DNA of 64,000 nt from Candidatus Eiseniibacteriota bacterium (GTDB lineage Bacteria > Eisenbacteria > RBG-16-71-46): NCBI GenBank assembly GCA_041483195.1, contig JBGPFC010000014.1, positions 29,788-93,787 of the forward strand. Reading direction: 5' to 3'. Shown here piece by piece: positions 8,891-18,104 of the stretch (its first letter is position 1; each line of letters opens with the position of its first letter). Below the pieces are notes generated by a model, which saw only the letters and a program-made list of their open reading frames with translations, did no database searches and had not been told where the DNA came from. The position numbers and the translations under genes are program-made.

Positions 8891-10342
8891 ATGCCCCTCC
8901 GGATGAGGCGACTCGCGATCGCATCCGCCCTGTTCGCCATCATCGCCTCGACCCTGCTCGCCTCCTGCCGGCAGCGCCCCGCCGAGATCGCGCCGGCCCC
9001 CTCGCGGCCCGAGGAAGTGGATGGGTTCCTCGACACGCTCCAGCACCGGACGTTCCTCTATTTCTGGGAGCTCTCAGACACCACGCATGGCCTCACCCCC
9101 GACCGCGCGCCGACCCGCTCGTTCGTGAGCACCGGCGCCATGGGGTTCGCGCTCACCGCCTACCCGATCGGCGCCGAGCACGGCTGGGTGTCGCGCGCGG
9201 CGGCGCGGGCGCGCGTGCTCGCCACGTTGCGCTTTCTGTGGACGGCTCCGCAGGACTCGACCGCGACCGCCACCGGGTATCGGGGTTTCTTCTACCACTT
9301 CCTCGATCCGGTCTCCGGCCGCCGCTTCGAGCGCGTCGAGCTTTCCACCATGGACACCGCGCTGCTGCTGGGCGGCGTGCTGTTCTGTCAATCCTACTTC
9401 GATCGCGCGGGCCCCGAAGAGTTCGCGGTGCGGGCGCTCGCCGACTCGATCGTGCGGCGAGTCGACTGGCGCTGGGCCCAGCCGCGGCCGCCGGTGATCG
9501 CGCTGGGCTGGAGCCCCGAAGAGGGCCACCTGCCATACGACTGGCGCGGCTACAACGAGAGCATGCTGCTCCACCTGCTGGCGCTCGGATCTGAGACCCA
9601 CGCGGTCGGCCCCGAGACCTGGCACGCGTGGACCGCTGGCTACCGTTGGGGCTCGTTCGAGGGCCAGGAGCATCTGGGTTTCGCGCCGCTGTTCGGACAC
9701 CAGTACTCCCACGTGTGGATCGACTTTCGAGGCATCCGCGATTCCGTGATGCGCGAGCGCGGCAGCGACTACTTCGAGAATTCGCGGCGCGCCACGCTGA
9801 GCCAGCGCGCGTACGCGATCCACAATCCGGGCGGCTGGGCCGGCTACGGCGCCGACGCCTGGGGGCTCTCGGCATGCGACGGCCCGAAGGACACGACGCT
9901 GACGATCGGAGGCCGCCGGATTTCGCTCCACACCTACACGGCCCGCGGGGCGTCGTTCACCCGCATCGAGGACGACGGCACGATCGCGCCCACCGCGGCG
10001 GGCGGATCGGTCGCGTTCGCGCCCGAGATCGCGGTGCCGGTGCTGATGGCGATGCGCGCGCGCTGGGGCGACGACCTGTTCGGGCGATACGGATTCGTCG
10101 ATGCGTTCAATCCAACGCTCAAGCAGCCCATGCCGATTCAGGCCGGCCGCATCGTTCCGGGCGTTGGCTGGTTCGACACCGACTACCTCGGCATCGACCA
10201 GGGCCCGATCCTCGCCATGGTCGAGAATCTCCGCACCGGGCTGGTGTGGGATCGCATGAAACGCAACCCGTACCTGGTGCGTGGCCTGCGGCGCGCGGGC
10301 TTCACCGGCGGCTGGCTCGAGCGCGCGCCGGCGACCCCGTGA
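8891..10342 (+). CDS. Glycoamylase-family (PF10091; GH144-like beta-1,2-glucanase clan) lipoprotein
   Basis: Lipobox LLASC; TFLYFWE...GLTPDRAP...GFALTAYPIG...YRGFFYHFLD...ELSTMDTALL...WRGYNESM...FAPLFGHQYSHVWIDFRGI...WGLSACDGP...DDGTIAPTA...YGFVDAFN...LGIDQGP. Confidence 0.88.
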   Translation: MPLRMRRLAIASALFAIIASTLLASCRQRPAEIAPAPSRPEEVDGFLDTLQHRTFLYFWELSDTTHGLTPDRAPTRSFVSTGAMGFALTAYPIGAEHGWVSRAAARARVLATLRFLWTAPQDSTATATGYRGFFYHFLDPVSGRRFERVELSTMDTALLLGGVLFCQSYFDRAGPEEFAVRALADSIVRRVDWRWAQPRPPVIALGWSPEEGHLPYDWRGYNESMLLHLLALGSETHAVGPETWHAWTAGYRWGSFEGQEHLGFAPLFGHQYSHVWIDFRGIRDSVMRERGSDYFENSRRATLSQRAYAIHNPGGWAGYGADAWGLSACDGPKDTTLTIGGRRISLHTYTARGASFTRIEDDGTIAPTAAGGSVAFAPEIAVPVLMAMRARWGDDLFGRYGFVDAFNPTLKQPMPIQAGRIVPGVGWFDTDYLGIDQGPILAMVENLRTGLVWDRMKRNPYLVRGLRRAGFTGGWLERAPATP

Positions 10343-11637
10343 GATCGCGCGCGGTCGCGCCGGCCGCCGCGCTGCTGCTCGCCGGGTGCAGCTTCCTCGT
10401 CGCGGCGGGCTGCGCGCCGCGGGAGCGCGGCGTCACGCTGCGCTTCTGGGCGATGGGCCGCGAAGGCGAGGTGGTCGAGGAGCTGATCCACGACTTCGAG
10501 CGCGAGCAGCCCGGGATTCGCGTGGATGTGCAGCAGATTCCGTGGTCGGCGGCGCACGAGAAGTTGCTCACCGCGCACGTCGGCGGCTCGTCCCCCGATC
10601 TCGCGCAGCTCGGCAACACCTGGATCCCCGAGTTCGCTGCGCTCAACGCGCTTCATCCACTCGACGCGTACCTCGATCGCCCGAATACGCTCAAGCCCAC
10701 CGACTTCTTCGCAGGGGCCTGGGACGGAAACGTCGTGGACGGCCGCACGCTCGGCATCCCATGGTACGTGGACACGCGCGTGCTCTTCTATCGAACCGAC
10801 CTGCTGGCGAAGGCGGGCTGGGACTCCATGCCCACCACCTGGCCGGAGTGGCGGCGCGCCATGGAGGGCATCAAGCGCGTGGTCGGCCCCGATCGTTACG
10901 CGATCTTCCTGCCGCTCAACGAGTGGGATCCGGCCATGATCCTCGGGCTCCAGTCCGGCTCGTCCATCCTGCGCGAGGGCGACACGCGCGGGGCGTTCTC
11001 GGGGCCGGAGTTCCGGCGGGCGTTCGATTTCTACGTCGGGCTGTTTCGCGATCGACTGGCGCCGCCGCTTTCGAACAACGAGATCGCCAACATGTACCAG
11101 GAGTTCGAGCGCGGCTACTTCGCGATGACGATCACCGGTCCGTGGAATCTCGGTGAGTTCCGGCGACGGCTCTCCCCCGATGCGCAGTCGCGCTGGTGCA
11201 CGGCGCCGCTCCCCGGACCCGATGGCCCCGGCCTCTCGATGGCCGGCGGCTCCTCGCTCGTGATGTTCAAGCGCACGCGCCACCCGGAGGAGGTGTGGCG
11301 GCTGATCACGTTCCTGTCGCGCCCCGAGCAGCAGGTGCGGTTCTATCGGCTGACGGGCGATCTGCCCCCGCGAGCCGAAGCCTGGCGCGATCCGGCGCTC
11401 GTCGAGGACCCGTGCACGCGCGCCTTCGGCGAACAGCTGACCCGCATGGCGCCGTGGCCCAAGGTGCCGGAGTGGGAGCCGATCGCGATGCGGCTCCAGG
11501 ATTGGATGGAGCGCGCGGTGCGGGGCCACGTGAGCCCGGAGGACGCCCTGGTCGGAATGGACCGCGAGGTGGACCTCATGCTCGAGAAGCGGCGCTGGAT
11601 GGTGGAGCGGCGCCGGCACGATAAAGGCGCGCCTTGA
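10339..11637 (+). CDS. Sugar ABC transporter substrate-binding lipoprotein
   Basis: GTG overlaps the upstream stop (GTGA); lipobox VAAGC; FWAMGREGE, QQIPWSAAHEKLLTA, IPWYVDTRVLFYRTD, ITGPW. Confidence 0.92.
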   Translation: MRSRAVAPAAALLLAGCSFLVAAGCAPRERGVTLRFWAMGREGEVVEELIHDFEREQPGIRVDVQQIPWSAAHEKLLTAHVGGSSPDLAQLGNTWIPEFAALNALHPLDAYLDRPNTLKPTDFFAGAWDGNVVDGRTLGIPWYVDTRVLFYRTDLLAKAGWDSMPTTWPEWRRAMEGIKRVVGPDRYAIFLPLNEWDPAMILGLQSGSSILREGDTRGAFSGPEFRRAFDFYVGLFRDRLAPPLSNNEIANMYQEFERGYFAMTITGPWNLGEFRRRLSPDAQSRWCTAPLPGPDGPGLSMAGGSSLVMFKRTRHPEEVWRLITFLSRPEQQVRFYRLTGDLPPRAEAWRDPALVEDPCTRAFGEQLTRMAPWPKVPEWEPIAMRLQDWMERAVRGHVSPEDALVGMDREVDLMLEKRRWMVERRRHDKGAP

Positions 11638-12527
11638 AGCGCGAAGCTCTGCAGCGACAGGGCGGTGCGGCCTGGGGATTCCTCACCCCGGCGATCGCGC
11701 TGATCGCGGTGTTCTTCGTGGTTCCGGTCGTGACCGGGCTGGTGCTGAGCTTCACCGACTTCGACATCTACGCCCTCGGCGATCCATCGGCCTCGCGCTG
11801 GATCGGCGCCCGCAACTACGCGCGGATGCTGACCGACCCCGAGTTCTGGAACGCGCTCCGCAACACGTTCGTGTACGTGCTGGTCGGGACACCGTTGTCG
11901 GTGGCGGTCTCGCTCGCGGCCGCGCTGCTCGTCAACGCGCGACTCGCGCGCTGGAAGCCGATCTACCGGGTGGTGTTCTACATGCCGGTCGTCACCACGC
12001 TGGTGGCGGTCGCGATCGTGTGGCGATACCTCTACCACCCGCGCTACGGGCTCATCGACTCGGCGCTCGCCGCCGTCGGGGTGCGCGGCCCCGACTGGCT
12101 GGGCGATCCGCACTACGCCCTGTTCGCCATCATCCTGCTCGCGGTGTGGAAGAACTTCGGCTACAACATGCTCATCTTCGTGGCCGGGCTCCAGAGCATT
12201 CCGCTCGAACAGTACGAGGCCGCGCGCCTCGACGGCGCGAGCGGATGGCGTCAGTTCCGGCACATCACCCTGCCCTCGCTGGGGCCCACCTTCCTGTTCG
12301 TCGGCATCAACACCATGGTGGCGAGCTTCCAGCTGTTCCCGGAGCCGTACGTCATGACCCAGGGCGGGCCGCTGCGCAGCACCGTCAGCATCGTGCTGCT
12401 CATGTACGAGCAGGGCTTCCGGTGGTGGCGGCTCGGCCTCGCCTCCTCCATCGCCTTCCTGCTGTTCGGCCTGATGCTGATCGGGGCGCTGATCCAGCTG
12501 CGACTCCAGAAGGGGCGTGAAGCGTGA
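11634..12527 (+). CDS. Carbohydrate ABC transporter permease (MalF-like)
   Basis: TM helices; EAA loop YEAARLDGASGWRQFRHITLP. Confidence 0.95.
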   Translation: MKREALQRQGGAAWGFLTPAIALIAVFFVVPVVTGLVLSFTDFDIYALGDPSASRWIGARNYARMLTDPEFWNALRNTFVYVLVGTPLSVAVSLAAALLVNARLARWKPIYRVVFYMPVVTTLVAVAIVWRYLYHPRYGLIDSALAAVGVRGPDWLGDPHYALFAIILLAVWKNFGYNMLIFVAGLQSIPLEQYEAARLDGASGWRQFRHITLPSLGPTFLFVGINTMVASFQLFPEPYVMTQGGPLRSTVSIVLLMYEQGFRWWRLGLASSIAFLLFGLMLIGALIQLRLQKGREA

Positions 12528-13345
12528 AGCGGACGTTCCCGGCGCTCGCCGTCAACGTGACGCTCGCGGCCGCGGCGCTCCTGACCCTGGCGCCGCTGCT
12601 GTGGATGGTGTCCGCTTCGCTCATGCCCGCCGGCGAGGCGAATCGGTTCCCGCCCCTGCTGGTGCCGACCCGCCCGACGCTGGCGCACTACGTCGAGCTC
12701 TTCACCCGCCTCGATCTGGGCCGCAATTTCGCGAACAGCCTGCTGATCACCGTGGTGACCACCTTCATATCGGTGCTCCTGAACGCGATGGCGGGATACG
12801 CGTTCGCCAAGCTCCGATTCCGCGGCCGCGATGCGCTCTTCCAGTCCCTGCTCGGCGCGCTCGTGATTCCCACCCAGGTCGGCATGCTGCCGCTGTTCCT
12901 GTTGCTCCAGCGTCTCGGACTCGTCAACACCATGGCGGGCGTCATGGTCCCCTACCTGTGCAGCGTGTTCGGGATCTTCATGGTGCGGCAGTACGCGCTC
13001 TCGATCCCCGACGAGCTGCTCGACGCCGCGCGGATCGACGGAGCTTCGGAGCGCCGCATCTTCTGGTCCGTGGTGCTGCCGATGCTCCAGCCGATTCTCG
13101 CGGTGCAGGCGGCTTTCAATTTCCTCAGCACCTGGAACGACTTCCTGTGGCCGCTGATCATTCTCTCCGACGAGAAACACTTCACCCTCCCGGTCGCGCT
13201 CGCGAGCCTGGTCGGCGAGCACGTCCAGGACACCGAGCTGATGATGGCCGGCGCGGTCCTCACGGTGCTGCCGGTGATCGCGCTGTTCCTGGCGCTCCAG
13301 CGCTTCTACGTCGAGGGGATCACGATGGGGAGCACCAAGGGGTGA
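12524..13345 (+). CDS. Carbohydrate ABC transporter permease (MalG-like)
   Basis: AGYAFAKLRFRGR; IPDELLDAARIDGAS; WNDFLWPL. Confidence 0.95.
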   Translation: MKRTFPALAVNVTLAAAALLTLAPLLWMVSASLMPAGEANRFPPLLVPTRPTLAHYVELFTRLDLGRNFANSLLITVVTTFISVLLNAMAGYAFAKLRFRGRDALFQSLLGALVIPTQVGMLPLFLLLQRLGLVNTMAGVMVPYLCSVFGIFMVRQYALSIPDELLDAARIDGASERRIFWSVVLPMLQPILAVQAAFNFLSTWNDFLWPLIILSDEKHFTLPVALASLVGEHVQDTELMMAGAVLTVLPVIALFLALQRFYVEGITMGSTKG

Positions 13346-16300
13346 TCGCGCGGGGCGCGATCGCGGCGGCGATCCCCTGGCTGGCCGTGGGCGCCGCGGC
13401 CATGGGGCCGGCGCTCCCGGCCGGCACAGGGCCCCGCGTGCTCGATCCTTTCGAGGATTCCGCGGCCTGGACCTCTCTGCCTGCCAGCGGCGTGATCATG
13501 AAGCTCTCGACAGAGCCGGGCGAGACCGGTCGCGCCCTGCGCGTCGACTTCGACTTCCAGAAGGGCGGCGGCTACGCGGTGCTCCATCGCGCGCTCGACC
13601 TCGCGCTGCCCGCCAACTATCGCTTCACGGTGCGGGTGCGTGGGGCGACCGCTCCGCAGAATTTCGAGTTGAAGCTGATCGACGCCGGCGGCGAGAACGT
13701 GTGGTGGAAGAATCGCCGCGACTTCGTATTTCCCCGCGATTGGGAGACGGTCGCGACCCGGAAGCGGCAGATCGAGTTCGCATGGGGCCCGGAGGGCGGC
13801 GGCGAGCTGCGCCGCGTCGCCGCGATCGAGTTCGCGATCACCGCCGGCAGCGGCGGCAAGGGAACGGTCTGGCTCGACGAGCTGACGTTCGAGGAGCTGC
13901 CGCCGCCGAGCGCGACGCCGCCGGCGATCGTGGCGAGCGCATCCTCGGAGCTTCGAGGGGGCGCCGCCGGCCGCGCGGTCGATGGAGACTCGGCGACGGC
14001 GTGGCGCGCCGCGCCGGGAACGGGCGGCGCGTGGCTCGCGCTCGATCTCGGCATCGTGCGCGAGTTCGGCGGCCTCGTGCTCGACTGGGGCCCCGCGGGA
14101 CGACTCTCCGACTACGACGTGCGCATCGCCAGCGAGCCGGATCGATTCACCACGGTGCGGCGTGTCCGGGCCGGGAGCGGCGAGCGCGACTGGCTCTGGC
14201 TGCCCGACTGCGAGGCGCGCTGGATCCGCATCGAGGCCGCTGGCCCCGCGCCTCCGAGGCTCGAGCTGCGCGAGGTCGCGCTCCAGCCGATCGAATTCGG
14301 CAGCTCCATGAATCGCTTCTACGAGGCGATCGCGAAGGCGAGTCGTCGCGGACTCTATCCGCGCGGTATCCGCGGTGAGATGCAGCTCTGGACCGTGCTG
14401 GGCACGAACGGTGGGCGCGCGAAGTGCCTGCTCTCGGAAGACGGGGCGATCGATCTCGGCGCCGGGCGGCCCTCGGTGGAGCCCTTCCTCTGGTCCGGCG
14501 ATCGGTTGTGGACATGGGCCGACGTGAAGAGCCAACAGGATCTGATGGACGATCGGTTGCCACTGCCGCGCGTCACGTGGCGCGGGGCCGAGGTGGAGCT
14601 CGAGGTGCAGGTGGCGATGGCGCCCTCGCACGGCCGAGGCGAGCAACTGTGGGCGCGCTATCGTGTGCTCAATCGTTCCGACCAGCGCCGCGCGGGCAAG
14701 CTCTTCCTCGCGATCCGCCCGTTTCAGGTCAATCCCCCGGCGCAGTTCCTCAACACACCGGGGGGCGTCTGCGATCTGCGCGAGTTCTACCGCGACATGG
14801 GCATCGTCGCGATCGACACCGTCGCGAGCCTCGTTTGGTGGTCATACCCCACGCTCGACTCGTTCGGCGCCGCAGCGTTCGACGATGGCGACATCACGCG
14901 ATTCCTCGCGGAGGGCCAAGTGCCGCGCCGCCAGGCGGTGCGGGATTCGTTCGGCCACGCCTCGGCGGCACTCGCCTATCCCTACGATCTCGCTCCGGGG
15001 GACTCGCTCGTGGTCCAAGTCACCTGCCCCATCTTCGGGCGTCTCTCGGGCCCACGCTTCGACTTCGGCAGACCCTGGCCGGAAGAGCACACCGCCGACA
15101 GCATGGCCGTGCAATGGCGGCGCGACCTGGGCCCCGCGAGCGTGTCGCTGCCGCCTTCGGCGCGCGAGGTGGAACGCACGCTCGCCGCGCAGATCGGGTG
15201 GATCGAGGTGAACCGCGACGGCGCCGCCCTCCAACCCGGCTCGCGCGCATACTCGCGCTCGTGGATCCGCGACGGCGCCCTCACGTCGTCGGCGCTCCTG
15301 CGGTGGGGACGCCACGATGAGGTGAAGGCGTTTCTCGATTGGTTCGCGCCTTATCAATACGCCGACGGCAAGGTGCCATGCTGCGTGGACCGCCGCGGCT
15401 CCGATCCGGTGCCGGAACACGACAGCCACGGCGAGTTCATCTACCTCGCCGCCGAGTATTTCCGCCACACCTCGGACCGCGCGACGATCGAGAGACTCTG
15501 GCCGCGCATCGAGCGCGCTGCGGCCTACCTCGACAGCCTGCGATCGCAGCGGCGGGGCGCCGAGTGGCGCACGCCCGCGCGGCGCGAATTCTTCGGCATC
15601 CTGCCGCCCTCGATCAGCCACGAGGGCTACTCCGCGAAGCCCATGCACTCGTACTGGGACGACTTCTGGGCGCTGCGCGGCTACGAGGACGCGGTGTTCC
15701 TCGCGCGGACGCTGGGCGACACCGCCGGCGCGCGCCGGCTCGAAGCATCACGCGTCGCCTTCCGCCGCGATCTCGCGGCATCGATCGCGGCAGCTTGCGC
15801 GAGGCACCGGATCCCGTACGTGCCGGGCTGCGCCGACCTCGGGGATTTCGACGCCACCTCCACCACCATCGCGCTGTCGCCGGTTCAGTGCGGCGGCCTC
15901 GCGCCGCCCGGCGCGATCGAGGCCACCTTCGAGCGCTACTGGGATTTCTTCACGAAGCGGCGTGACGGGATCGAGAGCTGGGAAGCCTTCACTCCCTACG
16001 AGATCCGCAACATCGGCGCCTTCGTGCGGCTCGGCTGGCGCGAGCGCGCGCACCAGCTGCTGGCGTGGTTTCTCGATCACCGCTCTCCGCCCGGGTGGGC
16101 GCAGTGGGCCGAGGTGGTGTGGAACGCGCCGCCCGCCGCGCGCTTCATCGGAGACCTCCCCCACACCTGGGTGGGCTCCGACTTCGTGCGCTCGGTGCTC
16201 GACATGCTCGCCTACGAGCGCGAACGGGACGACGCGCTGGTGGTGGGAGCCGGCGTTTCCGAGGCGTGGGTGCGTGAAGCGCCGGGCGTTTCGGTACGAG

Positions 16301-16530
16301 ACCTCGACACCTGGTACGGACCGCTCTCCTATCGCATGACCGGGGAGGGCGCGGGGATTCGGGTGGAGATCGACTCCGGCCCGCGCGTCCCGCGCGGCGG
16401 CATCGTGGTCGCTCCACCGGGCGTGACGCCGCGCTGGCGCGCCAGCTTGAATGGCCATCCGGCGGTCGTGACCGCGCGGGGCGAAGTGATGGTGCGCGCG
16501 CTGCCCGCGAGCGTGATGCTGACGCCCTGA
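13342..16530 (+). CDS. Secreted multidomain protein: CBM11-like + F5/8 type C (discoidin/CBM32) + (alpha/alpha)6 glycoside-hydrolase-like domain
   Basis: GTG 13342 overlaps the permease stop; signal peptide; ALRVDFDF...GTVWLDEL (CBM-like); ASASS...AVDGDSATAW...WLALDLG (discoidin); QPGSRAYSRSWIRDG, EHDSHGEF, SISHEGY, HSYWDDFW, WAEV, GDLPHTW (six-hairpin glycosidase-like). Confidence 0.82.
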   Translation: MIARGAIAAAIPWLAVGAAAMGPALPAGTGPRVLDPFEDSAAWTSLPASGVIMKLSTEPGETGRALRVDFDFQKGGGYAVLHRALDLALPANYRFTVRVRGATAPQNFELKLIDAGGENVWWKNRRDFVFPRDWETVATRKRQIEFAWGPEGGGELRRVAAIEFAITAGSGGKGTVWLDELTFEELPPPSATPPAIVASASSELRGGAAGRAVDGDSATAWRAAPGTGGAWLALDLGIVREFGGLVLDWGPAGRLSDYDVRIASEPDRFTTVRRVRAGSGERDWLWLPDCEARWIRIEAAGPAPPRLELREVALQPIEFGSSMNRFYEAIAKASRRGLYPRGIRGEMQLWTVLGTNGGRAKCLLSEDGAIDLGAGRPSVEPFLWSGDRLWTWADVKSQQDLMDDRLPLPRVTWRGAEVELEVQVAMAPSHGRGEQLWARYRVLNRSDQRRAGKLFLAIRPFQVNPPAQFLNTPGGVCDLREFYRDMGIVAIDTVASLVWWSYPTLDSFGAAAFDDGDITRFLAEGQVPRRQAVRDSFGHASAALAYPYDLAPGDSLVVQVTCPIFGRLSGPRFDFGRPWPEEHTADSMAVQWRRDLGPASVSLPPSAREVERTLAAQIGWIEVNRDGAALQPGSRAYSRSWIRDGALTSSALLRWGRHDEVKAFLDWFAPYQYADGKVPCCVDRRGSDPVPEHDSHGEFIYLAAEYFRHTSDRATIERLWPRIERAAAYLDSLRSQRRGAEWRTPARREFFGILPPSISHEGYSAKPMHSYWDDFWALRGYEDAVFLARTLGDTAGARRLEASRVAFRRDLAASIAAACARHRIPYVPGCADLGDFDATSTTIALSPVQCGGLAPPGAIEATFERYWDFFTKRRDGIESWEAFTPYEIRNIGAFVRLGWRERAHQLLAWFLDHRSPPGWAQWAEVVWNAPPAARFIGDLPHTWVGSDFVRSVLDMLAYERERDDALVVGAGVSEAWVREAPGVSVRDLDTWYGPLSYRMTGEGAGIRVEIDSGPRVPRGGIVVAPPGVTPRWRASLNGHPAVVTARGEVMVRALPASVMLTP

Positions 16531-16541
16531 AGCGGCGGCGA

Positions 16542-17918
16542 TCAGCGGGCCGGCGCGACCTCGAGCTTCCCGATCGATGCGCCGTTGGTGCGGATCGCCT
16601 CGCGATACCAGCCGGCGCTCGCCTTGGGCGTGCGCTCCAGCGTATCGAAGTTCACGTGCACCAGCCCGAAGCGCTTGGAAAAACCGGCCGACCATTCGAG
16701 GTTGTCCATCAGCGACCACACGAAAAACCCGCGAAGGTCCACGCCCCGTCCGATCGCCCGCCTGGCGGCGAGCAGGTGGTCGCGCAGATAGCTCACCCGC
16801 AGCGGATCGTCGACCCTGCCCCCCTCCGCACGCGGCGGATCCGCGAAAGCCGCGCCGTTCTCCATGACGTAGAGCGGCACGTCGCCATAGCGCTCCTTCA
16901 CCCAGACGAGGCAGCGCTCGAAGCTCGGCGCGTGCACCTCCCAGCCGGCCTCGGTGACGAGGGCGCCCGGCACCGGCACCGGCTTCGCGCGATCGGGCCA
17001 GGCATGAGGATCGTCGGCCACCACTTTTCGCTGGTAGTAGTTGACCCCGACCCAGTCGAGCGGCTCGCACGCCGAGGCGATGCCGTCCTCGGCCTCGGCC
17101 GGCCACGCCTCGCCGTAAAGCTCCGCGAGACCCGCGGGCCAGCGGCCGAGCAGCGCCGGCTCGAGGTACTGGCGGTTGAAGTACACGTCGGCGCGCTCGA
17201 CCGCGGCCGCGTCGGCTGGACTCGGGCTCGCCGGGTCCTTGGGCTCGAGATTGACGACCAGTCCGACCCGGCCCTTCACGCCGCTCGCGCGGAGCGCGCG
17301 CACCGCGGCCCCGTGCCCGAGCATCAGGTGGCGCGCGACCCGCGGGGCCTCGAACAGGTTCCGGTGCCCGGGTGCGTTGCAGCCGGTGACGTAGCCGTCG
17401 TGGCAGATGACCCACGGCTCGTTCAGCGTCGCCCACATCGCGACCCGATCCCCGAGCCGCTCCGCAACGACCCGCGCGTAGTCCGCGAACCAGTCGACGA
17501 TCTCGGGGTTCAGCCACGCGCCGACATCGTCGAGCGCCGCCGGCAGGTCCCAGTGGTAGAGCGTGAGATTGGGAGCGATCCCCGCCTCGAGCAGCGCGTC
17601 CACCAGCCGCTCGTAGAAATCGAGCCCCCTGGCGTTCACCCGGCCGCGCCCCTCCGGCATCACGCGCGACCACGACACCGAGAAGCGGTAGCTCTGGAGG
17701 CCGAGCGACTTCATCAGCCCGACGTCATCGCGCCAGCGCCGGTAGTGATCGCACGCCACGTCGGCGCGGGCCCCGCTCGACGTGCGGCCGGGCGTGTGGG
17801 AGAAGCGGTGCCAGTTGCTCGGCCCCGCGCCGTCGGCCAGCGGCGAGCCTTCGATCTGGTACGCGGAGGTCGCGGCGCCCCACAGAAAGCCGGCGGGAAA
17901 CGTGGTGGGTTCGATCAA
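16542..17918 (-). CDS. GH1 beta-glucosidase
   Basis: TTG start 9 nt after AGGAGG; FLWGAATSAYQIEG, DHYRRW, YRFSVSWSR, TLYHWDLP, catalytic TLNEP and VMENG, WSLMDNLEW; no signal peptide. Confidence 0.95.
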   Translation of the reverse strand: MIEPTTFPAGFLWGAATSAYQIEGSPLADGAGPSNWHRFSHTPGRTSSGARADVACDHYRRWRDDVGLMKSLGLQSYRFSVSWSRVMPEGRGRVNARGLDFYERLVDALLEAGIAPNLTLYHWDLPAALDDVGAWLNPEIVDWFADYARVVAERLGDRVAMWATLNEPWVICHDGYVTGCNAPGHRNLFEAPRVARHLMLGHGAAVRALRASGVKGRVGLVVNLEPKDPASPSPADAAAVERADVYFNRQYLEPALLGRWPAGLAELYGEAWPAEAEDGIASACEPLDWVGVNYYQRKVVADDPHAWPDRAKPVPVPGALVTEAGWEVHAPSFERCLVWVKERYGDVPLYVMENGAAFADPPRAEGGRVDDPLRVSYLRDHLLAARRAIGRGVDLRGFFVWSLMDNLEWSAGFSKRFGLVHVNFDTLERTPKASAGWYREAIRTNGASIGKLEVAPAR

Positions 17919-18006
17919 GGGGTCGTGCCTCCTGGCGATTCCGCTTGCGCGCGTCCCTCGCGCGCCGTCGCACGATGCCGCACCCGGCATCGGTCGCTCA
18001 AGCGAA

Positions 18007-18036
18007 GCGGGCGCCCGGCGAACGCCGGGTGCCCGC
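18007..18036 (-). terminator. Hairpin terminator downstream of the TM-tailed surface protein gene
   Basis: GCGGGCACCCGGCG-TT-CGCCGGGCGCCCGC followed by TTCGCTT on the minus strand. Confidence 0.55.
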
Positions 18037-18104
18037 TGACTTTCATACTGCGATGACGACGATTCTAATGGTACAGAATCTCGATGCTTTCCGTACCTCC
18101 GTCG

